NCBI RefSeq assembly: GCF_018977255.1
Contig: NW_024704743.1
Location: 48,610,001-48,674,000 of the forward strand
Direction: 5' to 3'
Source of the DNA: Callorhinchus milii
Lineage: Eukaryota
Length of the DNA: 64,000 bases
The stretch's first letter is position 1. The number at the start of each line of letters is the position of its first letter. Positions 1-13,099 of this stretch are shown here, piece by piece. A model generated the notes under the pieces. It searched no databases. It was given only the letters and a program-made list of their open reading frames with translations, and was not told where the DNA came from. The position numbers were made by a program, and so were the translations under genes.

Positions 1-1
1 T

Positions 2-1237
2 GCCCACACTTCTGCGAAGGACCTGGTGTCAAAGGGAAATGCCTTTGCAGATAAAACTGCCCAGGCAGTGCCCCTCGCAGAAGTATTAGTGTCACAAACA
101 CCACCCTCGATTGACATGGCATTGATTAAAGCAATGCAATCAGAGGCAGGCACCCTTGAGAAGCGAGGATGGAAAAACATGGGATGCAAACTAAACACAT
201 TCGGCATATGGGTTGGAAACACTGGACTGCCAGTTTTACCACGATCATTGTTTCCCATTGCAGCAGGATTGAGCCATGGCAAATGCCATGTCTCAAAAGG
301 AGGGATGAGGACAATGATAGACCAACAATATACGACATTCGGACTAACCACTTATTTACAAAAATTTTGTCAACATGTATGTTGACAATGTATAACATGT
401 TTACGCAATAACCCACAAGGACAACTAAAATGTAAACAAGGCAAGATTCCATTGGCAAAAGAACCCTTCTCTCATTGGATGATGGATTTCATCCATCTGA
501 ACGTATGCGAAGGAAAGAAATATTGCCTAGTAATGGTATGTCCTTTCTCGGGTTGGGTAGAAGCTTTCCCCACCACCCATGTGGATGCAGTAACAGTGGC
601 AAAGATATTATGCAGAGAAATAATACCAAGATGGGGTATCCCGCGAATATTATACAGTGATAATGGGCCGGAATTTAAGAATGAAGTCCTAAGAAATGTG
701 GGGATCCACTTGGGGATAACCTTAAAGAACCACTGTGCCTACCATCCAGAGTCTGCAGGAATGGTAGAAAGACATAACGGGACACTTAAAAATAAGCTGA
801 AGAAAGCCATGGAAACCACAGGGAAGGGTTGGGTGGCATGTCTACCGTTAGCACTGACAAGTATGAGAATTACACCTGGGAGCAAAAAACTCTCCCCATA
901 TGAAATTGTTATGGGTAGAGCATATTATATGCCTCAGCTGGGAGAACGTACAGAATTGGAGGAGGCCGGACTTGCAGGATACATGAAAAAAATGTTTCAG
1001 AATAAAATGACTATGAGAAATGTATTACCTCCCCAGGAACTGAATGAGAACACCGAGCCATGCCCACTGCAGCCAGGAGATTGGACACTGATTAAAGACA
1101 TCAAAAGGAAGCATTGGCATCAACCAAAGTGGACAGGACCATATCAGGTGATACTAACCACACCAACAGCAGTACGGATTGCAGAACGAAACACCTGGGT
1201 CCACGTTAGCCACTGCAAGAAGACATCACCACTGTAA
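2..1237 (+). pseudogene. pol: ERV pol 3' part: RNase H C-terminus plus integrase, with one in-frame TGA at 383-385
   Basis: AHT..GNAFADKTA (RNase H end). Zinc finger H-x3-H..CITC. Catalytic WMMDF / YSDNG-x35-E (GMVER). C-terminal [26 protein letters not shown]. ORFs 26..385 and 452..1237 share one frame. Confidence 0.93.
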
Positions 1238-1252
1238 GGAGCAACTAGCAAG

Positions 1253-1953
1253 ATGGCATGGCTACGGATTCTCAGTTTTGGACTATGGTTTGGACTGGTA
1301 ACACGTCTGGGGAGGAATACATATCTCTTAGCTGCACATAAGGCAGTAAAGGCGTCAAATGTGACAGGGTGTTGGGTGTGCACCCAAATACCCCATAGTT
1401 CACAGACTGGTTTTCTCCTCTATGCGATTCCGCTGACAAAAGCAGAAACTGTGTTAGGACTCCAAGCAGGAGTCACTTTCAACATAAGTGGGCTCTGGGG
1501 AAATGAGACACTATCATGTGAAAAACAGAACAGTACAAGGTATGTGCGAAGGTTTGACCATGATAAGATATCGCCAGGGTTTAAGGTGAGCAATATACCA
1601 GGCCAGATTTGCTTTATTAAGGAGGGGAAGGGAACAGAGGTGGGAAATAGCACATGCAGTTACAGGATATCTCTAGGATGGGTTGGTGTCCCAGACATGT
1701 CAGAAAAAGCTTACAGGAACCAAGTGGAATATCTAATTGGTGGGCGTCCTTATTTGAAGGATGGAGAGCCTGGGTTCTTAAAGCAGGGGTTGTGTTACTG
1801 GTATTATTACTGGGGATTTGTGTCCTTATTCACCTTATTAAAGTGTGCGTCACTAAGTGTGTGGGGGTAACACCATCACTTACGATGGAGGTGGTGTCAG
1901 ACGATAATCTGTCAGACGATGATGATATGAAGGATTATTATTCTGACCCATGA
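1253..1953 (+). pseudogene. env: ERV env, internally deleted: signal peptide and N-terminal SU (ORF 1253..1870), with the TM anchor and tail in another frame (to 1953)
   Basis: Signal peptide MAWLRILSFGLWFGLV, gamma-type CWVC motif and several N-x-S/T sites. The second frame reads WWASLFEGWRAWVLKAGVVLLVLLLGICVLIHLIKVCV. No furin site, fusion peptide or CX6CC is visible. Confidence 0.88.
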
Positions 1954-2076
1954 AAGCAAGGTACAATTGATCCCATCTATGACGATGCATCTTTAAATTG
2001 TCACAAGACAACAAGAGGCATCCGAGAAAATAAATTGGGGACTGTACCGGCACATGGCAATGTTAATAAAGATTAT

Positions 2077-2088
2077 AAAAGGAGGGAA
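2077..2088 (+). promoter_or_regulatory. Polypurine tract of the ERV
   Basis: AAAAGGAGGGAA immediately before the LTR-initial TG. Confidence 0.9.
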
Positions 2089-2632
2089 TGATGGATAAAA
2101 AGGCACAAATTATAACTTTAGTAAACCCTGCAATGAGAAGCTTGGCAGACTGTGTTATCTGATCTTAGAAACGTGCAGCTCAACTGCATGGAACCAGTTA
2201 CGACTGATTCCATGAAGGAAGTAAGCCCGAATTAACAGATGTATGCGCAGACTGGTTCCATGAAGGAAGTAAACCCGAATCAACAGATATATGCGCAGAC
2301 TAACCGCAGCCTTGGAGTATGAAACAATGGATAGTTGCCCAATACACATCCTATGTCTCGACCACATTGTCACCTACGACCAAATCTAACGATTGGAGGA
2401 GAGGGATCCTCCCCATACTTGTATAAATGCCATTGTTGAATCCTACAACGGGGTCATCAGCTTGGTGAAGCTACGACCCTAACTCTGTACCAGACTGAAC
2501 TGACTGGTCCTGAGTTAGTTGAATAAATGTACTCTTAGTGATTGAACTGTGTGACTGTGTTTATTGCTTGAATGAACTAACATCCAATTGCAGAAGTATA
2601 CAAAGAAGGTAGAAACGGAAAATTATCCAACA
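2089..2632 (+). repeat. ERV 3' LTR (544 bp)
   Basis: TGATGGATAA...TTATCCAACA terminal inverted repeat (9/10 match). TATAAA at 2422, AATAAA at 2522, and a ~48-bp tandem duplication in U3 (~2202-2301). Confidence 0.92.
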
Positions 2633-3285
2633 CAGTTCACTTCATAATGCATTTTGTGAAGCGCTTTGGGATGTCTTAATGTGTAATAAGCCGCTATATC
2701 AAATGCAAGCATTATTATTGTTCACAAGATCACAAAAGAGGTTCAGATGCAGAAGGCCTTTGGCCTATTTAATCTCATCCTTCCAGAATACACACTTTAC
2801 TGTCCTCCTATCACTGCATCGAGCTGTGTTTTTTAAAATGGTGCCAATATCCTGGCCTCAACCACCTTTCCTGACAACTCATTCCCATTGTTAAATACTC
2901 ATTTGGTAAAGAAATACTTCTGTGTCTGTCCTGAAATACCCACTGCAACACGAAACCAGTAGGCTCTTGTTCTGCTTTCTCTGTGCATCAACAAGTATTT
3001 TTCTGAGTTTACTTCTTCAATCCAGTTGTATCAGGACGTGAAATTGGTAGAATGCTTTTGGGGGAGGGAAAATGGAATAAGAAGACAATGAATGATAGCT
3101 CAAGTGAACTGTTGAGAGGGTACCATTACAGCCATGGTTCATTTTTTCTATATTGAGTAAAATAGTGTTTACATCGAAAGTTTCAGATCATAATCAGTTG
3201 TCGGGATAACCATACTCACTTCCACCCTGTGCATTTGTTGTATCAGATCCTGCAAAATGAGTTAAGTTGTGCAATGTGTACTTAC

Positions 3286-3384
3286 TTCTCCAGAAAGTCT
3301 TGGAGTCCTTGCCGGCGTTGCTCCACAAGCTGGGCATTGCTGATACTTAAAAAAGGTGTTTTAGGAGGGAGGTCTGGTAAACGT
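3286..3384 (-). CDS. SNX10: Sorting nexin 10, coding exon 4 (99 bp); the gene continues beyond the left edge
   Basis: AG/GT bounded; encodes RLPDLPPKTPFLSISNAQLVEQRRQGLQDFLE(K) of the PX domain; phase matches the previous exon. Confidence 0.95.
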
Positions 3385-4207
3385 CTGTAAAGAGAACAAA
3401 AACTGAGATTCTCAAACAGCTGCATGTTAATGTTAATTATTTCGCAAAATAGCATTCAGAGCAAGACTACCTAATCGACTCAGACTGGGCTGACTTCAAA
3501 TCCAGCCAATTATGTCTGTGAACATTCAGATCCACAATTTTATCCCTGAATACATTTTATGCCTACAGAGAAGTAGCTCGAGCAGTTCAGTTTTAGAAGA
3601 AAATAAAAGTTTAGGCAGGCTTTATTTATATACAAAAAACAACATAATGCCTCAGATTAGCTCATCAACAACTTGCACTGATACAGCGCCCTCCACGCAG
3701 AATAGCGTCTCAGAGCTCGCACAACAATGGGATAAAAGTCAATGTTTTAATTACAGTACTATAAGTATCATACTAACCAATGGTACATAAACATTTCACA
3801 GAACTATTTCTATTCCAGTCACTTGTTTGTGTTCAGTAATTTGGGCTTCATGCCAAAATCCATGTCCAGTAAATGATCCTAATCTGATCAATTGCAAAAT
3901 AAAACAGGAAGAGCTACTATCAGCTGCAACAGTGCAGAACTGTTGGTCTATGAGACCATAGACACAGTCTCCTGGAGTCTCTTAGACAAAACATTCTATG
4001 GAGGAAGGTGCTCAGTAGGCATTTCTTCACAATGGGGACTAGATAAAACAAAACCTACATCTTTGCTGTGTTAAATTACAACAATAGCATTGTCCAAAGG
4101 TAATATCATTCCCACCAGTGTGGGAGAGGCAATGGTGCAAGAGGTAAAGGCTAGAAAGGTGGAGAGAGGAGTTTAACACTTTGTTTTACAAAATGCAAGT
4201 TACATAC

Positions 4208-4308
4208 ATCAATATTGCATTGTCTTGAAGTCGCTGCTTTAACCAATCAAATTCTTTATAACGCCTTCGAACACGTGAAGTCTTTATTGTAAAACACATG
4301 CTATTAGT
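4208..4308 (-). CDS. SNX10: Sorting nexin 10, coding exon 3 (101 bp)
   Basis: AG/GT bounded; TNSMCFTIKTSRVRRRYKEFDWLKQRLQDNAIL(I), containing the PX RRY motif. Confidence 0.96.
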
Positions 4309-4519
4309 CTGTAAAAAACAAAAAGGTCAAAAGAGTTCAGATGACAGAAAAACATAAGACAAGTGAAGCGTTTGATCAATATCACATGTAAAGAACACGG
4401 ACACGTTTATTGAGAGTTCCACTGTGGAATATTCACACCGGCGAATGATTTTTTTTTACTAAAATACATTACAGTTTGCAAAATGCAAGATCAATCTATG
4501 GTTACCAAAATGTAACCGA

Positions 4520-4860
4520 TCAATGGCTGTAACAGAGTTCCAGAGGCTAGTGGCGGAAAGTCTGATTGCCAATGGTGATGGGGGAATGGGGACACGGAGC
4601 AGGCCAGTGCCCACCGAGCGGATGAACCAGGCAGTTGGTTTTAGTAGGTTGCAGAGGTAGGGAGGAGCAAAACCATGGCCGGCTTTAAAAGTGAGGACAA
4701 GTATTTTAAACTCTATCCTCTGAGGGGTGGGAAGCCAGTGGAGCCGGGTGAGGGTGGGCGTGATGGGGTCACAGAGCCGTGTGCGGGAGAGGAACCAAGC
4801 TGCAGAGTTCTGCATGATCTGCAGCTTGTGGAGGGAAAAGTTGGGAAGTCTTGGAAGCAG
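4520..4860 (-). mobile_element. L2 fragment
   Basis: QNSAA..PITPTLTRLHWLP..RIEFKILVLTFKA. Confidence 0.85.
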
Positions 4861-5439
4861 AAAGTTGACATATTCAAGCCTGTATAAAAGTTAAGTTCCA
4901 AATCATTCTCATGCCAATGTATTTTCAATTTTGTTACTTTTAGTATTTAAAAATAAATTCTCTTGGGTACCCTTTGGCCCCTCAGACAGTCAAAGCTCTC
5001 TGTTGACTGAACTGATCTGTTCAATTTGGACTTCTGCCTTCACACCTCCTCAAGATCGATTTCCTTCTGTGTGTACCTGTGAGAGAGCAAGAGAGAGGGA
5101 GAGCGAGAGCACGCACAAGGGAAAAGCACCAGAGAGCTGGAGAGTGTGCAAGAAAAAAACAGAACGGAGAAAGGGCTTAGCAGAGTGCAGTGACATACTA
5201 ATAATATAACTCCTGATGGAAGAGAGTCAGCACAGGCACAAAAAAAGCCAAACAACCTCCCCTGTGCTGTGAAATTCTAGGACACTCATTAATATATATT
5301 ATATACTGCACATAAATTGTTAACTGCTGACTTTGTTTTGTGTCTGAGAACGGGGCCTCTCTTCCCATTTTGGGTGTTGCCTTTAAGTTGTATCAGGAAA
5401 ATGAAAAAAATAAACAGTTAGAAAAAAAAACATACTTAC

Positions 5440-5526
5440 ATGAATACAAATCTCATAGTCTACATAGGATTGCCACGAATCTTCCTTCTGAATTCTTGGA
5501 TCTCGAACCCATACACTGATAAACTC
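5440..5526 (-). CDS. SNX10: Sorting nexin 10, coding exon 2 (87 bp)
   Basis: AG/GT bounded; [29 protein letters not shown], close to SNX10 as I recall it; downstream of CBX3 as in mammals. Confidence 0.96.
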
Positions 5527-8455
5527 CTAATATGACATTGTGTGGAGGAAAGTTAGAATGGTCACTTCACTACTGTATAAAGCTTTTGCAACACTTTTAA
5601 AACAAGCACACAGAACGGAAGCTGAAAGGCTTGAGTCGCATTAGAAATTCCTCAAGATATTACGAACACAAATCACAAGAAATTACGGCAAATACCAACA
5701 TTTCCACATACTGCAATGTGCAATCAAAAAATACCAAGCATAGAACTGCTTTTCTTTTCTTGAAAGGTTTTCACCGATAAAGTTAAATATGTATGTAATA
5801 CATATGTACATGTACCATAGAATCAGAGGCATTTACACTGCAAAAGGAGGCCCATTAAGTCTGCACAACCTAACATCCATTCTTCAGATGAGATGTTAAA
5901 CCAAGGCCCCTTCTGTCTGTTCAGATGGACATTAAACATCCCATGACACTATTAGAAAAAAAGAGGGGAGTTTCTCCTAATGTCCTGGACCACAATTCCC
6001 CCAAATAAAATTGATTATTCACTCCACAGCTGTCTGTGAGACATTGTTGTGTGCAAATTGGATTCTGCATTTGCCTACAAAACAAAGTCCCTGCACTTTT
6101 CTGTTTATCCTGTGAAGAGTTTTGGGATGTCCTCCCAACTTGAAAGGTGCTATATACTAAATGCAAGGACTACTATTATACAATATGCATAAATAGACTT
6201 GAGGTATTATGGCATCTTGAGCACACAGTGGTACACATCTTCAAGCAGGTACATATACTACCAGGGTCGATCTTGTGGGATCAGGCAATGTCACCAAGGC
6301 TTTTCTTTCTTCTTAAACACGCCCCAACTCTCCTTTAGTACTTTGTCACACACCAGAAGGTTCAGGGGAGTAGTTCTTACTTCTCTAATGTTTGCAACTG
6401 ATGGTAATATTTCTGTTAGCAAAGTACATGCACCATTGACCAGGACAAAAGAAATACAGTCTGTTTTTATTTTAGGCCTAAATCACTGTACATTATTTCT
6501 GCAGATCTAACGATCACTCCCCCAGCTCTGTTTTGTTAGCGATAGATTTTAATTAACTCAAGACCAGACCAGTAATGTCCCATTTACTAGCAGTCACACA
6601 ACATATGGGGTTAATACTTCCTCTTACTGAATTTGTCACAGGCTTCCCATTATATTGGGTTAAAGAATTGAAATTCAAATGTTGAAACAATCTGAAAATG
6701 AAACTAATGAATTCTTCCTTTAAATAAATAGTTAAATATTCCAATCCAGGAGCCGATGGGCGAGGGGAGGGGTAAAAGGAGGGTGAAGAGAAGAGAAAGA
6801 ATAATCTGCATGTTGCTTGTGTTTTTGCAAGACGTAACAACAGCAATCCAGCAGTGTATGGGATTGAAATCTGAAGACTCTACATCAACCAAAATCTGAC
6901 ACAGAACACACTCTGGTTGGCATGAAGTGGTAGGACAAGAATGTGTATGTTACATTTGACTTTTCAAGTTAACCCAGGAAGCTACCTAACACCAAGTAAA
7001 ACTGAGAATACCATTCCACTGAAACCAAATCTGCTGCAGGTCACAGAGGCACGGAGAAGCAAGGCCATGGAGGGCTTTGAAAATGAAGACCAAGATTTTG
7101 AAATCTAGCAAGGAGTTAGCATAGTCAAGCCTGGATGTGATGAATGCATGGATGAATGTCTCAGCAGCCTTGAAGAGGAGGTCAAATAGTTGAGGAGGCA
7201 GGCTACACATTCTAGTAGTGCAGATGTTAACTGTAAAAGATAAGGCCTCCACTACAAATCCATGCAACACACACATTTACTATTAAACATGTTGGAAGTG
7301 CGCACATGGACAAGAGCAACACGATTGCCTCTAACTGTTAAGCAGCTCAAATATCAAGGGTCATATTTAAACAGATGATTTGGCAAACAAGAGCACACTG
7401 TGGAATGATGCTTCAGTCTAGCACAAGTCACGTGCTTCAGAAGAGTGGAAAGGGAACATTTTATTGAACAATAAGAACTTTAAAACATTTTCAATGTCCT
7501 CTCAATATTGTTTTAAAACAATTGGATTGATCTAAATATTGAAGTAATTTAGTTTCATGGCAGTCCATTCATTGTTAACTACTGACTTTGATTTGCCAAT
7601 GAAGAAACACCTTTCCTATCAATGAATTAAAGCAGAAACTATGGCTGGGTGTAACACAGCTGATGGAGGGGAAGGATGTGTGTGAATAGGGAATCTAAGG
7701 CTATAAGAGGAAGGATACTTTCCGAATGGTGCTCTTTGATGCTCAGTATTTATACACCGATGACATACACACTCACTCCATTTTGGATTATATCGTGTGA
7801 AGCGCTTTGAGACATCTTCCCAACGTGAAAAGCACTATATCAAATGTAGGGATTATTATATTATTATTATTATTTACTGAGATTGATCCCAAAATTATTC
7901 AGTCAGCTATCATCCATTTGAGTTTTACAAGCTGATCACTTTGGGAACCCACACTGCAGTTTTTATTAGATGGAGGCAGTTGTCCTTCACTAAATATGTA
8001 CAATTATTAAACAGAACTTGAAGCACACCAAACGCCACACTTGCTGAGATTTCAATAAGCACCCTTTACATGGGGTAGCATCTCGAAGCACTTAACATTG
8101 GTACAGTTTGTGACTGACCCTGGTAGGGGTAGGAGGGTGACCACAGGCAGGGTAGAAGAGGAAAATCTTCAGTTCTGATCTGAAGAGGGAGTAAGGTGGC
8201 GAGAATTGAGGCAGGGATTGGGGGATGAAAGTCAATGATGGAGTGGAGGGGGTCGCGTAACATGCACAAGGCCTGAGCCAGCCAAGCGGAGAGGACAGGT
8301 AGAGGAGTGGAGCGTGAACAGGTTGGGAGGTGCCAGGACATGAAGTGATTTATAGGTGGCAATAACTTGCATTTATATAACGCCCTGCATGCGAGGTAGC
8401 TTCTCTGAACAAACAGCTAATTGTTACCAGATTCAATTCTTTGAACATTTCTTAC

Positions 8456-8485
8456 CTTTCTCTTTTTCTGTGCCATATGTTTCAT
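8456..8485 (-). CDS. SNX10: Sorting nexin 10, coding exon 1 (coding part of the 47-bp exon 8456-8502)
   Basis: Pyrimidine tract with TAG acceptor and AAG|GTAAGA donor. MKHMAQKKRK ends in phase 0 and joins EFISVW. The start could be either Met. Confidence 0.8.
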
Positions 8486-8694
8486 TGCTTTCCAAGATCA
8501 GTCTAGAAGAGAAATGTACACAACACAGTTCTTGTAAGTACCTCCTCGGTAACTCTGGAAATTGGGTCAAAAAACTTGATGAAGCACATCACAGCTAAAA
8601 ATATAATTTACTGGATTAGAACCCATCAAAATAACTGCATTCTACTAAAGTGATCTGAATCTGTATTGAGTGCTGAAAAGATTTCCACAATCCA

Positions 8695-9225
8695 AACAAC
8701 AACAAATTAAATTTGTAAAGCGTCTTTCACGTCAGGAGGACGTCCCAAGACGCTGGACAGTCAGGAATTCTCATCCGAGCTTGTAGTTGGGATCAGGATG
8801 CGGGTGATAAGGTCGCGGAGCCTGGTGCGGAAAAGGACATGGGCTCCAGAGTTTTGGATGATCTGTAGACTGTGGAGGGAGGAGTTGGGGAGGCCGACAG
8901 GCAGGGAGTTTGCATAATTGAGACTGGATATGATGAACTCGTGGATAAGGGTCTCGGCGGCCTGCGTTGAGAGACAGTGGTGGAGCTGGGCAATATTGGG
9001 GAGGTGGGGAAAGGTGAAGTGCGTCATGGTACAGATGTGCGGGATGAAGGACAGTTGAGGGTCGAACAGGATGCCAAGGTTCCATATTGGCTCCGTGAGG
9101 TGCAGAGCATCCATGAAGGGTGATGCTGTCAGCCACCGAGGTATGGAAGCGCTAAAGGGAGCCAAGCTGGAGGGCCTCGGTCTTGTTGACATTCAACTGG
9201 AGAAAGTTAGCTCTCATCCAGGACT
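8695..9225 (-). mobile_element. L2 fragment, internally deleted, with 3' tail
   Basis: NLGILFDPQLSF..LNYANSLPVGLP..QNSGA, joined to the L2 tail and a (TTG)n end. Confidence 0.85.
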
Positions 9226-12200
9226 GAAGAAAAAAAGGTAAATCTTTATATTATGGCAATATTTAATTAATATATACTGAATATTGGAGTAAAAGGTAAC
9301 ACAATTGCATTGGATTTCCACCTGTTCGTATCTATAGAGGACATTTGATATTAGACTGACTTTAAGTGTTGCTTGGAACAGCAAAAAGGGAACATTTTGT
9401 GCTTGGATAGGATCTCCAAATTAGGGATGAAAAGTTTGCACAGTGGATCTACATGCTTGGATTAAAGTAGGTTTTCTAAACTATTTGTTCATCATATACT
9501 CTGCAGCTTCACAAATAAGAACTCAAAAATAAGCATCAAAGGACTTTGTATTCCTACAAAATTACTGTAGTCCCCTGGAATATCCTTAAATACTACTTAT
9601 ATGTAATGTCATAAAATAGCGGCAAGACAAATCATTTTTTTAAAAAATTAATAAAGTATTGTCCTGCTGATGACAAAATGAATACCCTCACACAAAAAAA
9701 ATATTGTATTTAAATAACACCTTTCACACCAGGAGAACATCCCAAAACACTGAAAATTAAACACTGGCATTTGCCTTCAGTTGGCTATAGCACAGTCATA
9801 TGGAAACCTCCATGAGTGCTGTAAATATGTTATTTATATACTATTCATTTCAGCGCTTTGTTAACGTCCTCCCGACGTGAAAGGCACTCTATAAATGTAA
9901 TTTTGTTGTTGTTGTTGTTCATTATTATTATTTATTATTATTAGTTACATACTTATGAGTGTTTAAATGTGTTATTTCCTTTTTTAAAATAGTACTTTTT
10001 TTCTGTTACACCTTAAGGTGCACTGTTAGCGAGACACTTGTGTGAGGAATCAGAAAGTACAACTTGCGAATCCTTATGGCAGTTTTGAACTGTTGAATCG
10101 AGAAAAATAGAAACCTGTTGCACAGCAGACTGTCATTCACCCATCAGATCAGTGACACTGTTTCTAAACTGTTTTTGTTATTATTAATCCCACTTTTTAG
10201 CACTTTATCCCCTCTCTTCCCATATATAAAAATTCAGAACATTAAATAAGGGTCAAAATAAAAATTATGTGCTCTCTGTGTATCATAGAAACATGCTAAA
10301 TACTTGGAAAAGCATGTAAGGACACTATCATTCGTGCTTATGTTGTGAATAATACAAGAAAACCCGTTTGCTTTTTCATTCTTGCTCTACTGAAATTAAT
10401 TTGTGAGTAACCATAAAATTAAACACACCAAGAAGCATTGAGAAGTTTAACAATACTGGTCAACCTGATAGTGTGCTATTCATTGAAGACCTGGCTCACA
10501 CGATCACACACCTCCAAGTCTCATTAACAATCCAGTTAACACAATGGCTTGGTTTACTACAATCCTGGCCGGGTTTGTCAGGTCATCTTCTTGGAAGCAT
10601 TTTAACCCCAATGAAATCCAAATTGAATGTATGTTGGGCATCACATCTGATCTATGTGCCTTTTAGACATCCCTGACACCTCTTGGTGCTAAGGTTCAAC
10701 CTTGTTGCTCTTCCCTGTACTGTCTCCAGGATCTGGGCAGCCAACTTATAACACAGTGAACACAGCTGTACATGCTACTGTACAAGGTGCTGTCCAGGTT
10801 GAGCATAACTTGTGAACTGTTTCCAACTGATTTGGATAATTATGCTTTTTCTGAACTTTTGCAAAATACATATGAGAGACATGCTGGAGATATTATTGAT
10901 TAGCGCCTTGGGATGTCCTCCCGAGGTGAATGGTGCTACACAAATATAATTTGTTGTTGTCGTTGATTATCGATGGCATGGAAACCATTTTACTGATCCT
11001 TAGGATAAAATCCTCAAGAGATAAGAAACTTCAATGCATCAGGAAAGCCCTGCTCGTAAGAGTTTGCAGACAAGTCGTATATAGTACTTAATGAATAAGG
11101 GCAAGAACTTTCAAATAACAAGTCACAAGTTCTTCAGAAACACCCTTAATGCCCCAGGAAAAGCTCTATATATAATTTAAACAGAAACAACCTAAAAATA
11201 TAAGAGTGCCATTGTTGGAATTTTTCTCAGATTTGGGAAAAAGCACTTAATGCATCAAGAATAAATAACCAAACTTGCAATGTTACGAAATAAACAGCTA
11301 CAATCCTCTTTTACTCATAAGAAAACCATCACTCTCTGCTTCGGAAAACACTTTCCGAAACAACTTAGGAGTGTTAGAAAAATACCAAATGAATCACTTG
11401 TGGGAATTCTTAAAAGTAGCTTCCCCCACATGTCAAAAGCAAATTTGGAGAGGACGGGAGGAGAAGATCATCACTTTATTTTTGCCCTAAATTGATTAAC
11501 TCAAATTCATCTTACTTCTGCCGTTTCATCAGCAAGTTTACAAGACGCAAAAGGTATTAACGTCACATTTCAGAGTGTACAGAATTTGCCATATTGTTCA
11601 ATTCAGTTTTAACTTTGAAGTGCAGTTCCTGTAATTCTTCAACAACAACAAAATTACATTTATATAGCACCTTTCATGTCGGGAGGACATCCCAAGGCGC
11701 TGGACAGACAAAGTTTTGGACCAGAGTTGAGGGTCAGTTCCGCAAGAAACTTACAGAAAATGGCTTCAAAATGAAAGACTATTTAAGAATTTGACAAATT
11801 CTGAACAGTATAAAATGTTATGCTTAAGAGTAAACCTAGACCCAAGCTTTTTTTTCTTGTTTATAAATTCAATTCTCCAAGAACTAAATAGATGTAAAGA
11901 TAACATGGTGCATCCCAGTTGCAGAAATCTGATCAGTTGCTCTCACTATGATCTCATTTCTGTAGTTCACTGCCAGCTAAGCGGAAGACAGAAGCTGACT
12001 GAGTTTTTGTGAAAAAACAACTTTGAAATACAATGTATTTTGAGAGAGGGTGGAAGCAAAGATCAACACCTTTACTTTTGTCATGAATAGATTAACCCAA
12101 ATATTTGCCTCTATTCAGAGACGGGGTTAAAAAAAAGTATTGACATATGGTATGCAAAGGGAAAATAATTTATCTGGATATCTATAACAATGATATAATA

Positions 12201-13099
12201 ATCCTTGCATTTGATAGCGCCTTATCACATCTTCGAGATTTCTCAAAGCACTTCACAGAATACATTGTAAAGTGAATTGACTGTATATTTTGTGTGTGAA
12301 ACGCAGCAGCCAATTGCGCACAGCAGTGTCCCAAACAGTCGTGGTTTGAAGTGACCAAATTATTATTATTTTTGTAATTTTTAAGGGATTATTTAACTTG
12401 TGGTATCTGTTCTTCGCAGAACTTACAGCTGAAAGGGTGAAAACAAATGCTGAGTGCGATGGTTTTAAAAGGACGGTGAAAATCGTAGCTTTTATTTTGA
12501 ACTGTTAACATCAGTGCAAATGTTTACTCATACCTCTCAGCAAATCAGAAAGGTTTCTGGGGTGACTTAAGTTCATACACAACAATATATTCTTCCTGGG
12601 GTGACCATAACAAGACAAGTTAACAAATCCCTTCCTTCATTGTACTCTCTGACATGCAGACACCCATCCCCATTCAAGCCTATTCAACTCAAACACAATT
12701 CCACAGATGCCTGGCAACTTTCCTGTGTCTGGGAATGGAATGTCCAATCTCTGGAGGGAATTACCATGCTTATGTAATCCCAGAGCACATTAGGTGCAGA
12801 TTGTTAAAAGCCCAGGCTTGGAGACTCAGACTATGTGATGGTATACTAAATCATAGAAATTTACAGCACTGAAGTAGGCCATTCAGCCCAAAGAGTCTGC
12901 ACTGGCTCTCAGAGCAAAGTGTTTATTGAAACCCACTTCTGGATTAAACAGCTTACCATTACGAATATTATCTAGCAAACTTCCTCAAACTTATGGGAAG
13001 TATTACTACTTCCCATTATTTGTAGACTGTCATCCCAACAATCAAGAAATGCTCTCTCAGCCCCTTGTTGCTGTATTTTACAGATGATACTCTCCCATC

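Larger units (their letters stand above)
1..2632 (+). mobile_element. Endogenous retrovirus (gamma/epsilon-type), 3' half, antisense within an SNX10 intron
   Basis: Ordered RNase H end, integrase, env, PPT and LTR. The 5' part lies outside the window. The sequence right after 2632 is the 3' half of a SINE, so the provirus inserted into a SINE copy. Confidence 0.95.
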
